DNA from: a virus
Virus record (IMG/VR): IMGVR_UViG_3300003654_000069
Location: 1-64,000 of that record
DNA: 64,000 nt
Direction: 5' to 3' (one strand)
Shown here: positions 40,301 through 49,494 of the stretch, piece by piece
Position numbering within the stretch: position 1 is the first letter of the stretch
Layout: each line of letters starts with the position of its first letter
Notes under the pieces: generated by a model
What the model saw: only the letters and a program-made list of their open reading frames with translations
What the model was told of the DNA's origin: nothing
The model's database searches: none
Program-made: the position numbers and the translations under genes

Positions 40301-42044
40301 CTTGTGGTATCTTTTGTGATAGTTCTTGAAGTGGTTCTTGTTCAATTTTTGGAATAATTGTTTCTTTCGGAGTTTCTTTAACTACAAGTGAGTTATTATA
40401 ATCTTCTCTTGCTTGTCTTGTGAGATCTCCTACATCACCATCAATTCTTCCGTGATAGTGCCCTAATTTTCGTAATTTTCGTTGCTCTTCCATTATCACT
40501 AATTGTTTTTGTGTAGGTTTAGCTTGATATATTACTTTATCAACTGGTTTTTTCCATATAGCAAATGTTTCTGCCGCAGTGAAACCTGGATAATTACTTA
40601 TACCTGTTGTAATAGGTTGAAAATTTTTAGGATGGACCTGAGGATAGATATTTGGTAAATTTCGATTACTAGTAAAAACAACATTGGGCCATCTACTTTT
40701 GATCTCTATCATCTTATCAACTCCACGATTAAAATAACTTAAACTATCTCCATAAGCTATTAATCCTGGGTCTTTTGGATCTGTTACATAGATAGTTTTA
40801 CCCTTTTGAGCTTTAGGTAGATTATTTAACCAACCAGGATTTGCGTATATATTACCTATAATACCACCTTGTGCTTTTTTAGGAATTGTTTGCCTACGAT
40901 AATATTCATTATAATCAATTTTTTCATCATCTGTCAATTCTATATCCTTCTTTACAAAAGGACTCATAATATTTGTTGAAAACATATTACGTATACCCGG
41001 ACCCCAAACAGATTTATAATCACTGCTTATTGCACCATATTCATCTCTTATAGAACTGCCATCTGGATTTTTACCATAAAAATCATTAGAATTAGTATAT
41101 CTGTTTTTAAAAAACCAATCTTTTGCATTATTAATTAATAACTGTTGCTCATCTTCTGATAAATTTTTAACTTCTTCATACATTTTATTTATTTCTGAAT
41201 CATTTGAATTTTTTCTTCCTGTCCATCCCCAACTCTCATCCCAATCTTCTGGTTTATATGTTTTATATTTTCTAATATACTCCCCAACAATATAGTTTTT
41301 TGGTTTAATCGTTGGTTTCATAGTTTTCCAATCCCAACCTGCTCTCCATAACCAATCTCCAACTTGAGTTCTATTAGCAGCACTTCCATATTCAGGAATT
41401 TTATCTACAATACTCAAATAGTCTTGCTGACGACCAGCATAACTTGGAATAGGTTTTCCACCTGATGCTCCCATTGTTGTTTCAAAACCAATTACTCTAT
41501 TTGATGCAGAGTTAGTAGTATCATTTACACTTACTTGACTTGTGATTTGATATTTAGGTAAATCTAACCACTTTTTATTTCCACCATATTTAAATTTCTT
41601 TTTTATACCTATAGAAAACGTAGGATCAAATTTTTCTGTAATAGAACCTATTCCTGCATTTATATTAAGGTCTCCAATGTTATAACCATAATTAGCTCCC
41701 ATCCAATGGCTATTTCCAAATATTTTGAGATTATCAGATACCCGATTATTATTTGAATGAAATAAAGGTGAATTAATTTTTGGAGCTATAGGTAACTCAT
41801 CTAACCAACCTTCTTTTCCGATTGGAATTTCAAGTACAGGACCTTTGAATTTATACTTTTTATCAGGCTGCATTAACTTCTTCTTACCATCTCTACCAAT
41901 TCCTAATACTGGACCAAGAACATTATGCATACTTATATCACCAGAGGGAATAATATTATAATCATTGAATCTATCGGGAGAATCAGCTCTATATCCTGTT
42001 AGGGATAATCCTGTTTTTGCTTTATATAACTTCCTCTTACTCAT
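37308..42044 (-). CDS. 1578-aa cell-wall-degrading ejection/tail protein (PG-binding + CHAP/NlpC-like + SLT domains)
   Basis: Long ORF. Three peptidoglycan-related motif sets are listed as separate features. Five YGG...WLD..LP..Q punctuation motifs fall between the domains. Confidence 0.85.
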   Translation of the reverse strand: MSKRKLYKAKTGLSLTGYRADSPDRFNDYNIIPSGDISMHNVLGPVLGIGRDGKKKLMQPDKKYKFKGPVLEIPIGKEGWLDELPIAPKINSPLFHSNNNRVSDNLKIFGNSHWMGANYGYNIGDLNINAGIGSITEKFDPTFSIGIKKKFKYGGNKKWLDLPKYQITSQVSVNDTTNSASNRVIGFETTMGASGGKPIPSYAGRQQDYLSIVDKIPEYGSAANRTQVGDWLWRAGWDWKTMKPTIKPKNYIVGEYIRKYKTYKPEDWDESWGWTGRKNSNDSEINKMYEEVKNLSEDEQQLLINNAKDWFFKNRYTNSNDFYGKNPDGSSIRDEYGAISSDYKSVWGPGIRNMFSTNIMSPFVKKDIELTDDEKIDYNEYYRRQTIPKKAQGGIIGNIYANPGWLNNLPKAQKGKTIYVTDPKDPGLIAYGDSLSYFNRGVDKMIEIKSRWPNVVFTSNRNLPNIYPQVHPKNFQPITTGISNYPGFTAAETFAIWKKPVDKVIYQAKPTQKQLVIMEEQRKLRKLGHYHGRIDGDVGDLTRQAREDYNNSLVVKETPKETIIPKIEQEPLQELSQKIPQEISQELPVIKSKSDPKKQYYYDTKSNRYGLVTEGWWHPTTKENAISNSEELGQDIITGNYKFKKRAHKTTKFMYGGSTSNWLDRYDTGGSLSEVDQEPLSTDDVNTVRPPSQQALDYRKAITDNWQDINKKSPYISSDFKKKYPHMNCINGVCTAIEQITDKDFTENYTGNQKFHGQLGKEGYYDINPNDEGFEVGDILQWTMSAERVSKVGRLDYAITPQNKNNKVPTHAKVILEKIIFDDGRPTRYRIGDNAGMDIWETETVSEQKLIELYNTPQSGDYLGYGYNGLFVNRYDPEQVYIRTEITKAEKAIMDGKNDYAHLYKGKKSAIKNVTSGSPKDTTPEDRFNIHSPKIKKAILFPEANLLLTYYNKNYEKLGKGSNLPPAVLDKLFHNMIGIAGQESKFGTDEGFLTSLVPDSALPTARKAAASDTVKWIKKEVFGKEDDNWIQAYWNDNADGVQNNHDSLEKFRKYLDSKKNHILDSKTREWIFYNSPKSKGMFQQKDLSKRGRHHGNTFNTPENQFVSSMNLAIDNYHRMKERYPTYTEDQIIDLTTLMHNAPGKALSSEFVNYYLPKNDIGYVNNVKRQRGKLEYSDLVLEWKPGTQQQLTAEKVEGIKKFIQEHGVKKKYGGSISTNWLDELPEFQTKGEYKWDPSSMKTTPEVPLPTAATYGVTPIPTSEEYAYYNPPIIKGLTTGDWKQDMVYENPWMHKVPILGDYIKKKAKEIAGQSPMASRSYDDMAALIDPTVPKGDYTGSNMRTFESGVLIKGDEDKVTMLDQYFSEKPLYPKSIYTPIDDYLTFLPSYSIKSNFDKILEVSDNDNKEWRNDQLSRQIDNILIGRVDNDTVAPNEEETSKIYNNFIKTKKPIFLPDTHNSILSDMLSINIASHKIGMGWDHERNLPYMSISDAWDFSPEHYTEKWWEHSSADKAVSYIQSSLMHKAGYPFKIYDRFYFDPKTKKYIPDSKIAKLKKKKYGGSLDLPVKFQHNRWLDQLNS
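38565..39167 (-). other. SLT-type lytic transglycosylase domain
   Basis: IAGQESKFG (E983 at 39096-39098), GMFQQ (38793-38807) and MHNAPGKA (38611-38633) correspond to the ES, GLMQ and AYNAG motifs of family-1 lytic transglycosylases. Confidence 0.7.
39525..39902 (-). other. CHAP/NlpC-P60-like cysteine peptidase or amidase
   Basis: Candidate nucleophile in HMNCINGVC (C729 at 39858-39860, C734 at 39843-39845), then EVGDILQW, then PTHAKVIL (H811 at 39612-39614), then IGDNAG. Confidence 0.45.
40380..40493 (-). other. peptidoglycan-binding (PG_binding_1-like) repeat
   Basis: QRKLRKLGHYHGRIDGDVGDLTRQAREDYN matches the LGYY-x-G-x-IDG-x-FG-x-T-x-x-A pattern. D535-G-D537 is at nt 40434-40442. Confidence 0.55.
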
Positions 42045-45000
42045 TATCGCACAGATATTAACTCTTTAGTATTTATAAGTTTTACATACATCTTAATGTT
42101 ACCTGAAATATTTTTATAGAACATTACATGATTAGTATAATGTCTGAACTTCTTTCTTTGAAGTGGGGACTTACCGTAAAACAGATTAGCAGGATTGAGT
42201 ATCCGGATATATCCATTAGATTCTGTTTGCCAGATTTTTCTTTGCACCGTAGGGAAAGTAAACTCTCCTCTGTCTTCTGTTATATCCCAGAACTGATTAA
42301 TACGATACTTTTGTTCAACCTTTGCAGCAAGAATATCAATCGATGTAGCATTAACAATTGGATACTGAAGTGTCTGGACAATATCATTCTTTGGGACAAC
42401 ATTCAATATAAGAATCCCTGATACCTGTTCAGAATTATAAACTACGGCATGATCAAAATTTGCATCAAGCACATGAAATGCATCTGTACCAATCTCATCA
42501 TATATATAACACTCAAGTAGATACTCAATACTTCTTACTGTTGTTACCTGTTGCCCTGTCGATGCTATGTAATCTATTTCAAAAGGATAGTCTATACCAT
42601 AATAATTACAATAACTATTGGTAAGTACACCATGTCTCCAGATCTGACCCTGATTAGCAGGTGTATGTACAGTAGTCAGGAAATCATTCTTACTTGGAAT
42701 AGACAAGTCTGGATGCCAGTCATGAAAACCGAGCCATTGTCCATCTTTGGATTTTATATCATAACTAAGAGTCCATGAGGCATCATCAAAATACTGAGGA
42801 TCTCCCAGAGTTATAGGAAAACCGAGTGTAGCATGTACAAATCCTTCGTAAGTAGAATCAAGTATAACCTGAGCACCTATTAGTCCAGGTTTTCGCTTAA
42901 AGTCTTTCTTGGTAAAGTAGACGATACCATTCTTATTATCAAAAATAGACTGACATCCTACTCCGGCAACAGGATTATTAGTAAGACTAAAGTCAGGAAA
43001 ATCTTCAAGAATCTTAAATGGAAGATATCTTGTCATCCACCATTTCATACCCAAATTGGATATCTCTCTGAGTCCACCAGCATAATTAAATATCTTACCT
43101 TGATTCGCACTCATCCAGAAGAGACCTGATGGAGTATTAATTACACCAAGACTGTCTTGACAGGAACCATATTCATATGAAGAATCAGCATTTATAATAT
43201 TCTGAGGCTCTCTGTCAAACAATGCTCCATCACCAACAGTAATTTTTACACCAGCATCTGTTTTAAGTTCATCAACACCCTGGAATATCTGTGGACTAGC
43301 TGTATCAAAAAGTAACACTGCACCAGTCATACCTAAAGGCTTAATTGATATAAGATGATGCTTGAAATCTTTGTCATTATTTACAAGAAAGACTCTCCAG
43401 AAATCCTTTACTGACTCAAGGGTTTGTGGAAGTGAGTAAATAAGCTTGTTTGGATAAAAGACAAAACAGGTTTCGGCAATAGTAGGATTATACTCTCTCT
43501 TCTGGAGAGAGCCCCAAGGGAAAAAATTATTGAATACCCTTGAGATACTCAGTGAGGTATCATACTTAACAAAATTACCCGACTTTATAATCTTTGGATC
43601 AAATAATGTCCTTACATCTGAAAATCTATTAGGATCATAATATCTTTGCTCCATAGGATCACCCCAATCTCTTAATTCTGTATTGATCACTGACTCTACA
43701 TAGAAATCTCTTACTGCACTATTAAATGTATAAAAATATCTATTTTTCATTCTGAAAAGTCCTGGACTGCCTATACTCCCTTGATTTAAATTTGCTCCAT
43801 CTAATCGAGCTCTATCATTTGGAAGAGGGATACTTACAAAAGGTGGAGCAGTTAAATCTATCGTACCACCTGTAATGAACTCATTTATATCATAGTCAGT
43901 AAAATCTGCCCAATATCTTGGAAAGTTAAGCATGTATCTCAACTTATAATTCCATTCATACCCGTCAGGTTGATCATACAGCCAGTCCCAGAAGTAAAAG
44001 AAAGTATTCTTCTCTGTATAACGACAAACATAAGTATCTCCATTGAAAACAATAGCAGTAGAATAAGGTGCAGCAAGACCAGTTGTGTATACAGGACAGG
44101 TAGAAGCAGGAATTTGAACAATACCCTCTAACTGACCATACTGATTTCTCATTCTTTTCTTCATGGCAGCATATTGTGAACATGCTGTTGTATTAAATTC
44201 TTCCTTGGCATCATCTGGTTTAAATGAGACTAGAGTACCAACAGGAAGTCCAAGGTCACCACGTACACATGAACCAATTGTTTGGACAGAATTATCAATA
44301 GTAAGAGGTCTTGGGATATTAGAAGCAAGTGTCTGAAGTACAACAGTCTTACTCCTATATAAATTATTAATTTTAGTCTGAGCTAACGGATTAACATTAA
44401 AGTCCTGAAACTGATCATCTACATATATGGCATCTGCTATAATATGTCGGAAGTTTCCAGCATTTACATTTCCTATAGCATAATTATCCATAAATCCATG
44501 AGAAGTATATCTCATAGCATATTGAGTAAATGGAATAAGAGCTTTTATCAATTCCATGACTGCTTCTGTACTCTTACTCCAATAATTAGAAAACATTACT
44601 AAACTATTAGTAGTCTTCATAAATTTTGGAAGATATCCAAAATCAGACTGATCAGTTTCAATATTTTCTTGTCCACCACTTACACCAGGTGTAGAAAGTG
44701 CAACTACTGCAGCATTTTTATAAGTAGTTACAAGAAGAGGCTCATCTCCAAATAATGATGCTACTAATGATAGAAGAGTTGCACCTCCAGTGGGCTCTAC
44801 CTCTTCTTGATCAAAAGTATTTCGGTATGTTATTAATGCAGCAGCTCCAGCTGCTCCTGAACCTGCTGGAGAAGGTGCAAATCCTGAAGATCCCGGTCCT
44901 GTTAATATCATCCCAATATTACTAACATAAGGTGATATATAACTAGTTCTTCTCTGACCTTTTATAGCCATTATAGCATTTCCAATTCCAAGTAATGCTG

Positions 45001-47158
45001 ATATTACAAAAGTAAAATCAGTTATTAGTTTATGTTTAGGATGCTCTGGTTGTTCATCAAAACTACCCTCAACCTTACCAGACAACTCACCATAAAGTTT
45101 AAGTTCTCTTGAGGATAAATATGGATTATTGAATGAAGTATCAGGTGAATGGAATGAAAACTGATTTTTTGATAATCCACCACTAGGATTCTGAGTAGTT
45201 GGATCATCAAAAGCATTTGATAATGTAGCACCTCCGGAAGTTTCTTCTTCAGAAAGAAAAGGATCTCCCAGAGTAGCATAGGGACCAATATCTACCTGTG
45301 GATTATAAGGATAATTCTGGAATAATACTGTGGGACCACTATCAAGTGTAGTAACCCTCATGTTATTAATGATACCTTTAGCAATAACTGTTTTATTTCC
45401 TTCTCTTGAACCTCTGAGGATCTCAAATCCAGCTATACCTGGAATTAAATTACCTGCATTATCTACAGGAGGACGCACATTCTCAAATTTTACTCCGAGA
45501 AGAATTATTTTACCTAAAGCTGCATCATAATGAGTAATTGTTCTATTCTCTGGAAACTTATGGTGTCTTATCTGGTCACCACATGTATCATATTGTGGTA
45601 TGGTAGTTCCTGAAAGAGGTGGAACAGATAATTGATATGGCTGAGAACCAGGAGCTATGGCTGTCCAAGGATTAATGCTAGGATTAAACATCTCAGCTTT
45701 ATCATCGGGATACTTCTCTGTAGATTCCCAATAACCCATATATCCATCAGCTATTTCAACACCACCATCAGGAAGTGTTATCTGATTAATAGGTAATATG
45801 GGAACTATAGTAGCAGTATTAATTGTCTGCCAAGTCTGAGTTTCAGTAATATCAAGTACACTACCTGCTGGTGGAGCTGCTGTATCAGAAGGAATAAAAG
45901 GTCTTCCTGGAATATGATACGAAGCAGACTTATCTCCAGTGGTATATATAAATCTTACAAAAAATGGATATACCTCATCTCTCATATAACTGGTCTTGTT
46001 ACCACCCTTAGCATAGAAATCAGCAGGATAGGCTATAGCAGACCATTTAGTTACTATTTGATTAGCAAGAGGTTGATAATTGAAATCAAACTTACTAGTC
46101 GGACCAAGTCGGACCAAATGAGGTCCGATAGTATGCATACTCTCAGACCTTTCATATGTTGGTGAAATAAACGGGATATCCTCAACTGGTATAGAAGGTA
46201 AGGCCTCATTGATGTAATCGATAAAGATCTGTGCTTGTCTTACACTATAATTACCGATTCTCTTTGCGGAAGTCTGTTGATTAATAGTCCTTACAATAAC
46301 AAGATCAAAATAATCGAAATATTTCTTGTCAATCTCTTTAATAGTCAGGATAAGCGAACCAGCAACATTGAGATGTTCAAAGATAGGTTGTATATCAGAA
46401 GGAAGAAAGTAATCTGTAACTCTCTCGCCATTAAGAGTATATGCAATAATTGCATAATAAGAACCGTTTAGAACAGTACCTCCATTAGTTCCTCGGGTTA
46501 ACTCCAAACATGGAGTTTTCATAAGTGATTGAAGTCTTATAAGATCACAATCAAGTTGAAGAGGTATATTATTGGTACAGGTAACACAACCTACAGAAAT
46601 ATAATTAGGTGGTCCAGGAAGGACTACTAGATTCTCATCAACACATGTTTGCATATAGGGCACACCAGGCCACGGCTGCGAGTAAGGTGCTGTTGAAATA
46701 TTACCAATATTGAGTACTCTGGATGGATTTAGCCCATCATCCCAGTATACATGCCAAGTACAGTCATAACTCTCCTTAGATTGCCCTGTAATAAGATTAT
46801 GAGTATTGAAAGCCAGACAGGTATCCCTAACAATTTGGGTATATTTACATAACCCCTCATCAAAAAAACCTATTTCAGAATTAGTATTATCAGTTGAGAA
46901 AATAACCCATCGATCATCTAGAAGATGAACTACACCTATAATTATATACGGTACATCTAATGGATTCAGGCTATTAGGAATACATATCTTAGTAGAAGGT
47001 TCATTACCAACAGTACCGGTATGCCCATCCTTAGAGTTATTAATACCATTTCTTAGGTGATACCATGCACCTTCTGGTTGAAATGTTCCATCAGCATCCT
47101 TCACCATCCCTTTCAGGAAAGTATTTGACTTATCCGGACTATTCTGGTCTTCTGCCAT
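42044..47158 (-). CDS. 1704-aa large virion structural protein (tail hub, nozzle or stabilisation-type candidate)
   Basis: Long ORF with beta-rich, Trp/Tyr/Asn/Gly-rich composition. It sits between small structural genes and the ejection proteins. I recognised no catalytic motif. Confidence 0.5.
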   Translation of the reverse strand: MAEDQNSPDKSNTFLKGMVKDADGTFQPEGAWYHLRNGINNSKDGHTGTVGNEPSTKICIPNSLNPLDVPYIIIGVVHLLDDRWVIFSTDNTNSEIGFFDEGLCKYTQIVRDTCLAFNTHNLITGQSKESYDCTWHVYWDDGLNPSRVLNIGNISTAPYSQPWPGVPYMQTCVDENLVVLPGPPNYISVGCVTCTNNIPLQLDCDLIRLQSLMKTPCLELTRGTNGGTVLNGSYYAIIAYTLNGERVTDYFLPSDIQPIFEHLNVAGSLILTIKEIDKKYFDYFDLVIVRTINQQTSAKRIGNYSVRQAQIFIDYINEALPSIPVEDIPFISPTYERSESMHTIGPHLVRLGPTSKFDFNYQPLANQIVTKWSAIAYPADFYAKGGNKTSYMRDEVYPFFVRFIYTTGDKSASYHIPGRPFIPSDTAAPPAGSVLDITETQTWQTINTATIVPILPINQITLPDGGVEIADGYMGYWESTEKYPDDKAEMFNPSINPWTAIAPGSQPYQLSVPPLSGTTIPQYDTCGDQIRHHKFPENRTITHYDAALGKIILLGVKFENVRPPVDNAGNLIPGIAGFEILRGSREGNKTVIAKGIINNMRVTTLDSGPTVLFQNYPYNPQVDIGPYATLGDPFLSEEETSGGATLSNAFDDPTTQNPSGGLSKNQFSFHSPDTSFNNPYLSSRELKLYGELSGKVEGSFDEQPEHPKHKLITDFTFVISALLGIGNAIMAIKGQRRTSYISPYVSNIGMILTGPGSSGFAPSPAGSGAAGAAALITYRNTFDQEEVEPTGGATLLSLVASLFGDEPLLVTTYKNAAVVALSTPGVSGGQENIETDQSDFGYLPKFMKTTNSLVMFSNYWSKSTEAVMELIKALIPFTQYAMRYTSHGFMDNYAIGNVNAGNFRHIIADAIYVDDQFQDFNVNPLAQTKINNLYRSKTVVLQTLASNIPRPLTIDNSVQTIGSCVRGDLGLPVGTLVSFKPDDAKEEFNTTACSQYAAMKKRMRNQYGQLEGIVQIPASTCPVYTTGLAAPYSTAIVFNGDTYVCRYTEKNTFFYFWDWLYDQPDGYEWNYKLRYMLNFPRYWADFTDYDINEFITGGTIDLTAPPFVSIPLPNDRARLDGANLNQGSIGSPGLFRMKNRYFYTFNSAVRDFYVESVINTELRDWGDPMEQRYYDPNRFSDVRTLFDPKIIKSGNFVKYDTSLSISRVFNNFFPWGSLQKREYNPTIAETCFVFYPNKLIYSLPQTLESVKDFWRVFLVNNDKDFKHHLISIKPLGMTGAVLLFDTASPQIFQGVDELKTDAGVKITVGDGALFDREPQNIINADSSYEYGSCQDSLGVINTPSGLFWMSANQGKIFNYAGGLREISNLGMKWWMTRYLPFKILEDFPDFSLTNNPVAGVGCQSIFDNKNGIVYFTKKDFKRKPGLIGAQVILDSTYEGFVHATLGFPITLGDPQYFDDASWTLSYDIKSKDGQWLGFHDWHPDLSIPSKNDFLTTVHTPANQGQIWRHGVLTNSYCNYYGIDYPFEIDYIASTGQQVTTVRSIEYLLECYIYDEIGTDAFHVLDANFDHAVVYNSEQVSGILILNVVPKNDIVQTLQYPIVNATSIDILAAKVEQKYRINQFWDITEDRGEFTFPTVQRKIWQTESNGYIRILNPANLFYGKSPLQRKKFRHYTNHVMFYKNISGNIKMYVKLINTKELISVR

Positions 47159-47161
47159 AAC

Positions 47162-48103
47162 TTATACTGCATTGTTAACATTACCCTGAAGCTGACCATC
47201 ATATGATTTGAACATATCATAGTACTTACTATACATGGCCTTTCTATTTGCTACCCATAGTTTCTGCATTTCACTGAAGTTAGGGGTATTAACAATATTT
47301 AGAGCATAGTTTCTGGCAACTCTAAGTCTCTGATCAATAATTTGCATCTGAGCTATAAGGTTCTCTCCACCAAGGATAAGATTCTCAATTATTCTTTGCT
47401 TTACTGCATATTCATAATATTCATTAATCTCAGGATGATCAACAACAAGTAAATTTCCATCAGGATCAACAAGTTGTCCCTGGTAATTGATATACATCTT
47501 ACCATGTGTGAAATTAGTGAAGACAAATCCATCTCTGATATAGGCTTCATTCGTATGTCCGTGATGTTTTCCCCAGTTTAATCCCAAGTTTGGACACTCA
47601 CAATTAATAAATTTTGAATTCTTGAATACTACCTGATGAGAAAAATCATAATGTCGAGTATAGGTATTTACCTTCTGAATAATCTTATATTCTGCTCCAC
47701 ACTCGGTAAGACAGACTGAAGGAACACACTGAAAAGCAGGAGCACATGGATCTGTGGAATTCGGAAATGTCTTATATGTTGGAAATAAAGGAGTATTTAC
47801 AGATACCTCTTCAATATGGGTACCCTGAGGTGGTATGATAATCTCTGTAAAGCTCCCACACATAAGAGCAAAGTTCATTACAAAGAAGTCATCTGGAAGC
47901 TTTGCTTTATTATGCTCAATTTCAATAATTGTTTCTTTAGTCATCTGAACCCTAAGACCCAAATCATAATTGACACGAAGTGCAACCTTTGCAAGCTCTG
48001 CAGGTGTAATCTTTCCAGAAACATCAAGTGTTTTAAGATCCATACTTGCATCAGCAAGCAGCTGTTCCAATGTTCTGTATTTAAGAGTATAATTATAATT
48101 CAT
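47162..48103 (-). CDS. 313-aa hypothetical structural protein
   Basis: ORF in the operon. Its start overlaps the upstream stop as TAATG. Confidence 0.75.
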   Translation of the reverse strand: MNYNYTLKYRTLEQLLADASMDLKTLDVSGKITPAELAKVALRVNYDLGLRVQMTKETIIEIEHNKAKLPDDFFVMNFALMCGSFTEIIIPPQGTHIEEVSVNTPLFPTYKTFPNSTDPCAPAFQCVPSVCLTECGAEYKIIQKVNTYTRHYDFSHQVVFKNSKFINCECPNLGLNWGKHHGHTNEAYIRDGFVFTNFTHGKMYINYQGQLVDPDGNLLVVDHPEINEYYEYAVKQRIIENLILGGENLIAQMQIIDQRLRVARNYALNIVNTPNFSEMQKLWVANRKAMYSKYYDMFKSYDGQLQGNVNNAV

Positions 48104-48765
48104 TACCTAAGAATATTAATTTTATCATGAGCTGCTGGATCTGCAGGTATCTGTATTTGAGTCATCATTTCTTTAAGAGTAAATTGTTCTACCTCAGCAA
48201 AGATATCTTCTGGAATAGGAGCAGCTGTATCCTGATTAATCATACATTTATCAGCTTCACATAAAAATGATGATATATCACCTGACCAGACTCCTTCAAT
48301 ATTTACAGATGACCAGATGATATTAGGAAAGTAAAGAAAATCATTCAGATAATAGTAATATTTAGTTTTATCATATTTAGCTCCCGATGTTTTACTAAAA
48401 TGAATATAGGTAGCTAACTCTGTAGGATAGACTCTACTACTACCATCTACAGCAGTTATTGCTCCTAGAAGAACACCACTTGTACTATCAAGTAAAGATG
48501 GTAATTTCTCTTTTGTTCTCATTATAGTACAACCAGACTGAATATCACAGCATGCTTCTACCTTGTCAACTTCTATAAGAGCAACACAAGGAAGTGTCCG
48601 ATAAGCACTATTTGCTGAATTAGGACTTGCCTTAATATTACGACTTATAATAAAAGCTGCATATTTTAGAATAACACTATAAATGTTCCTATCTGTAAGG
48701 AAAGGATCAATTTTTACAGCTTTTAGGGCATTTCTTACCCGAGAGATTGTTTCTGCTATTATCAT
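48103..48765 (-). CDS. 220-aa hypothetical structural protein
   Basis: ORF in the operon, with an ATGA overlap to the upstream gene. Confidence 0.75.
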   Translation of the reverse strand: MIIAETISRVRNALKAVKIDPFLTDRNIYSVILKYAAFIISRNIKASPNSANSAYRTLPCVALIEVDKVEACCDIQSGCTIMRTKEKLPSLLDSTSGVLLGAITAVDGSSRVYPTELATYIHFSKTSGAKYDKTKYYYYLNDFLYFPNIIWSSVNIEGVWSGDISSFLCEADKCMINQDTAAPIPEDIFAEVEQFTLKEMMTQIQIPADPAAHDKINILR

Positions 48766-49352
48766 GACATGTCGAATTCGTTATAAAAATCCATTGCAAA
48801 TGCATTACTTATATTCTTATTATCTTGTCGTACAGTTTTCTTAGCAAGATTGGCAATACTAGTAAAGTTTGATATAACTCTATAAAGCTTCCAGTTACTT
48901 GGATAGGTCTTGGCTACTGTTCTCTTAAAAGTCCGGAATGGTCGAAATGCCCAGATATCACGATCCTTTAGTGAATGACCAGAAGTATTATTAGTATAGA
49001 ATATTTTGGCCATATGTCCATCTGTTTCCCAATTCTTATTCTCTATCTGTCTACCACACTCAATTGACTTTTTATAATCAATCGATTTTCTCTTTCTTTT
49101 ATTACAAGATCCTATGAATACGGTACCAAGATTCTCAGGAAGACATACCCCATCTCTATGCTCAATAACAGTACTCCAGATTCTACCTGTATGATTATAA
49201 ACTATTTCATGAATAAGATCATCTTTTACAGTAGCATATTGAGGAAATTTCTTTCTGAATTTATCACAGAATTCCCTATCAATTACTTCTTTCCAGGGTT
49301 TTCTATACCTTGGACCTTTAACATTCGGTTTTCTAAATGTCACACCTATCAT
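48762..49352 (-). CDS. 196-aa basic hypothetical protein
   Basis: First ORF after the 142-nt gap. The product is Lys/Arg-rich (RKPNVKGPRYRKPWK, CNKRKRKS). Confidence 0.7.
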   Translation of the reverse strand: MIGVTFRKPNVKGPRYRKPWKEVIDREFCDKFRKKFPQYATVKDDLIHEIVYNHTGRIWSTVIEHRDGVCLPENLGTVFIGSCNKRKRKSIDYKKSIECGRQIENKNWETDGHMAKIFYTNNTSGHSLKDRDIWAFRPFRTFKRTVAKTYPSNWKLYRVISNFTSIANLAKKTVRQDNKNISNAFAMDFYNEFDMS

Positions 49353-49408
49353 ACTCCAAGATACAAAAACTTTACCGATTTACCAATAAATTTTTTCAGT
49401 TTATTCAG

Positions 49409-49416
49409 CAAAGATA
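49409..49416 (-). promoter_or_regulatory. candidate -7 box (TATCTTTG = TAnnTTTG)
   Basis: The minus strand reads TATCTTTG 56 nt upstream of the ATG at 49352. It follows a weak GC hairpin plus T6 (about 49425-49455). I found no well-spaced -33 TTTG. Confidence 0.3.
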
Positions 49417-49494
49417 AACAAAAAAGCCCACAGTGATTAACCGGGGCCAGTTTGTATCGGTGCAAAAACCAATTATTGCACTTTCATATTTTAT

